NCBI GenBank assembly: GCA_965644295.1
Contig: CBFFRP010000028.1
Location: forward strand, 1-64,000
Direction: 5' to 3'
From: Paraphysomonas bandaiensis
Taxonomy: Eukaryota > Protista > Chrysophyceae
Length of the DNA stretch: 64,000 nucleotides
Shown here: piece after piece, positions 61,444 to 64,000 of the stretch
Position numbering within the stretch: position 1 is the stretch's first letter
How the letters are laid out: every line of letters starts with the position of its first letter
Program-made: the position numbers and the translations under genes
Notes under the pieces: generated by a model
What the model saw: the letters and a program-made list of their open reading frames with translations, nothing else
What the model was told of the DNA's origin: nothing
The model's database searches: none

Positions 61444-61741
61444 CTTGTTGCCGGTACATAAAATAAACAATATGCAAAATTAGGGAAAATGTAGTAGATT
61501 TTACTAGACTTTTAAGAATTGTTGTAGAGTGGTTCTAAAAGTGCTTGAATGCAATAGTATAGTGTTAATAATTATAGAGCAGGAAGAAGTCCTACACAGA
61601 AAGTCTTCTACTGAAACACATTCATATGGCTTATGAACGTGACAACTTCAAAGCTGAAGCCCAGCGCCTCGAGCTTGAGAACCGGAAGGAGAAGAACAAG
61701 GAATCCAGCGCCTCGAGTTTGAGAACTGGAAGGAGAAGAAC

Positions 61742-64000
61742 TATTAGGATTCAGCTTAATACATGATTGTATCTGTGAGTTATAATGTTCAATGAAATAC
61801 ACCATGAACTGAATTAGAGAGAGTATCTGTCGAAGATACGTGATCGTCATCATAACGTCGTCATTATCAGTTACACTTCTAACTATTCCGTTGTGCATGA
61901 TAGTACGTTCTATATTGTTATTCATAATTTTTCACTCTATCGTGTTCATTACTTACACTCTAATAATCACAACATTATTTTACTATTATAAAGATCAATT
62001 CTTTATTTGGTAGCGAGATGTCAGTTAAAGTTACAAGTTACGACTCAACCGACTCGGATTCGACAACCGACAAGCGAAAGGACTCAATGCCAAAATTCGA
62101 TGCGAAGAACTTCTCCAGGTGGCAGAAGAAGTGCCGTGCATGGTTCTATCGCAAGCCTAAGATCGTTTATACTCTACAGAACGATCACCCAATTGAGCCT
62201 GAAGCAGAAGAAAACTCAGATGACGAGGACTACCAGTATCGACTCGAACAGTATCAGGATGCAAAACGATATTATGATGAAGGTAATAACTACCTATGGT
62301 CAGTCATTGCAAGCTCTATCATTGGTCAGAATGAAGAGGCTGAAGGGATTTTGGAGAACGTCCCCGATGGAGACGGTAAAACCGCCTGGACGGACTTGCT
62401 CAACCACTTCAAAGAAAAAACGACTAACGACGTCATCACTGATCTGATTGGCCAGTTTCAGAGCATAAAAATCAAAAAAGGTCAGTCGATAATCAACTTT
62501 CTTGACGCTGTCGAAAAGCTCCGAAACAAGCTGATTAATTATGGTCATCGGATAAGTGACCAAGATCTCATATCACGCATTCGACAAGGCCTGGTATCCA
62601 AAGAAAATATGACGTATCGTGAACTGGCGATCAACCTGCAGATGCACCCTATCGATGACTACAAAACACTCATACGCAGACTACGCGGATTAGGAAGCTC
62701 GTCTGTCGGAATGCTCTTGTCAAGCAACGAAGAAACAAAAACCGACAGTATTCAGCTTGCAGCCTCAAAACCCCCATTTTTCAAAAGTAAAGTGAATTCC
62801 AAGCGCAAAAAGGGGACATCTTTCAGAAACCGTTCCAATAAACCGAAACATGACAAGAGAGCTGACAAGGACATTAAGTGTTTCCGATGCGATGGAAAAG
62901 GACACATCGCTTCAGAATGCAAACACTCATGGGAAAGAATCCAACAGATGAAGAATTCCTCTGGAAACAAATCAACCAGTAGGAAATTCAAAAAAGTTAG
63001 ATTCCAGACCCACCAGAGCACTGAAAACGACGACTCCGACCAGTTTGCAGATTATGAAGACAGTGGTCCATTACAACAGAAAGGACGAGACTTCGGAGGA
63101 GTCGGATATCCAACAAACGACGAAACGAACTTCGTTTTTGATCAAGAAGCCGGAATGGGGACCCTTGATTCTGGCTGCACAGTCTCCATCACACCTGAAG
63201 CCGGATACATCACCAATTATGAGGAATGCCTCACCGACATTCAAACAGCTAAGTCAGGATCAACTATGACCTCTTCAGGACATGGAAGACTTGGTATTAT
63301 CCCCAAGTGCAAGCACGTGGACCATGCTTCAAGAACACTCGTGTCCATCAGCCAATTAGATGACCTAGGGTATAAAATCTTGTTCGGAAACCAATCAGTT
63401 GAGATATATAAAGATGAAATACTGCTATCAAAGGGTAAGAGAGTTGGAGGCCTATATGAAATTCCGTTAACAGACCTCGGTACTCCTATTGACGAATCCC
63501 ACCTTGCTTCAACTGCTTCAGGCCCACTCGCAACCCTAGCACATAAGAGATTGGCACATTCTTCAATTGGACTCATACAGAAAGCTGTACAGTCAAAATT
63601 AGTAACGGGTATTAAGTTAACGAAGTCGGAGATGAATGCTACTTCTTTACCGGGTGGCCTATGTGATGGTTGTGCTAGTGGTAAATCTCATCGCCGAAAA
63701 CATAGACACGCTATCAGACAAATGCTGCTCAAGCGTGTAAGAAGAGCGAATGAGCTGGGGGAGCTAGTAGTAGCCGATTTTTCTGGACCCCATGCACCGG
63801 AGGCAATCATTACTGGCAACCGTTACATACTCGGGATGACAGATGTAGCTTCCAGACACCAATGGGACTCCTACGGACCAACGAGAGATGAAGATTTCGT
63901 CATCCAATCCATCCAGAAAGTTGTCATGTATCTACATAGTAAAGGCAAACGCCTACAACATTATCATGCGGATGGCGGGAAGGAACTGGTATCAAGAAAA
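61742..64000 (+). mobile_element. Ty1/Copia element of the same family as 33846-39530, apparently intact, running off the window
   Basis: LTR 61742-62007, PBS TGGTAGCGAG 62008-62017, gag ATG at 62018. Confidence 0.93.
62018..64000 (+). CDS. Copia gag-pol polyprotein (partial; gag, CCHC, protease, integrase N-terminus)
   Basis: Open frame MSVKVTSYDS...CFRCDGKGHIASEC...LDSGC...HKRLAH...CDGC...HADGG with no stop seen before the window end. Confidence 0.88.
   Translation, partial: MSVKVTSYDSTDSDSTTDKRKDSMPKFDAKNFSRWQKKCRAWFYRKPKIVYTLQNDHPIEPEAEENSDDEDYQYRLEQYQDAKRYYDEGNNYLWSVIASSIIGQNEEAEGILENVPDGDGKTAWTDLLNHFKEKTTNDVITDLIGQFQSIKIKKGQSIINFLDAVEKLRNKLINYGHRISDQDLISRIRQGLVSKENMTYRELAINLQMHPIDDYKTLIRRLRGLGSSSVGMLLSSNEETKTDSIQLAASKPPFFKSKVNSKRKKGTSFRNRSNKPKHDKRADKDIKCFRCDGKGHIASECKHSWERIQQMKNSSGNKSTSRKFKKVRFQTHQSTENDDSDQFADYEDSGPLQQKGRDFGGVGYPTNDETNFVFDQEAGMGTLDSGCTVSITPEAGYITNYEECLTDIQTAKSGSTMTSSGHGRLGIIPKCKHVDHASRTLVSISQLDDLGYKILFGNQSVEIYKDEILLSKGKRVGGLYEIPLTDLGTPIDESHLASTASGPLATLAHKRLAHSSIGLIQKAVQSKLVTGIKLTKSEMNATSLPGGLCDGCASGKSHRRKHRHAIRQMLLKRVRRANELGELVVADFSGPHAPEAIITGNRYILGMTDVASRHQWDSYGPTRDEDFVIQSIQKVVMYLHSKGKRLQHYHADGGKELVSRK

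Overview
Eukaryotic nuclear DNA, probably a stramenopile protist (inferred from ~43-56 bp introns, a CryptonS-like element and stramenopile-style Tudor/SH3 domains). Host genes sit mostly in head-to-head pairs separated by islands of nested transposable elements. The genes are FHIP/FAM160-like (-) with RNA polymerase I largest subunit (+), an SR-like RRM protein (-) with a signal-peptide type-I DnaJ (+), an ankyrin-like protein (+), and a TM+PH protein (-) with a small SH3-like protein (+). The TEs are a DUF7869/Sola-like transposase pseudogene, several Copia elements, an APE-RT-RNaseH LINE, a Crypton remnant, a MITE and hAT remnants. Most striking observations: (1) the 2.1-kb intron of the Pol I gene is a 9 x 217-bp tandem array, and every unit carries an identical box C/D snoRNA-like cassette with antisense elements to conserved LSU rRNA sequences. 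(2) The LINE has two kinds of non-autonomous passengers sharing its structured, non-poly(A) 3' tail: a short element with an HDV-ribozyme-like head, and a 3.46-kb ORF-bearing element that repeats the LINE's C-terminal PKGRPPD motif. (3) A Crypton tyrosine-recombinase element with subterminal inverted repeats is embedded in a (TACA)n microsatellite. (4) A ~1.35-kb-arm fold-back inverted repeat of Copia sequence. (5) Copia LTRs with non-canonical TA...TT ends. All calls come from reading the sequence by eye; no searches were run.
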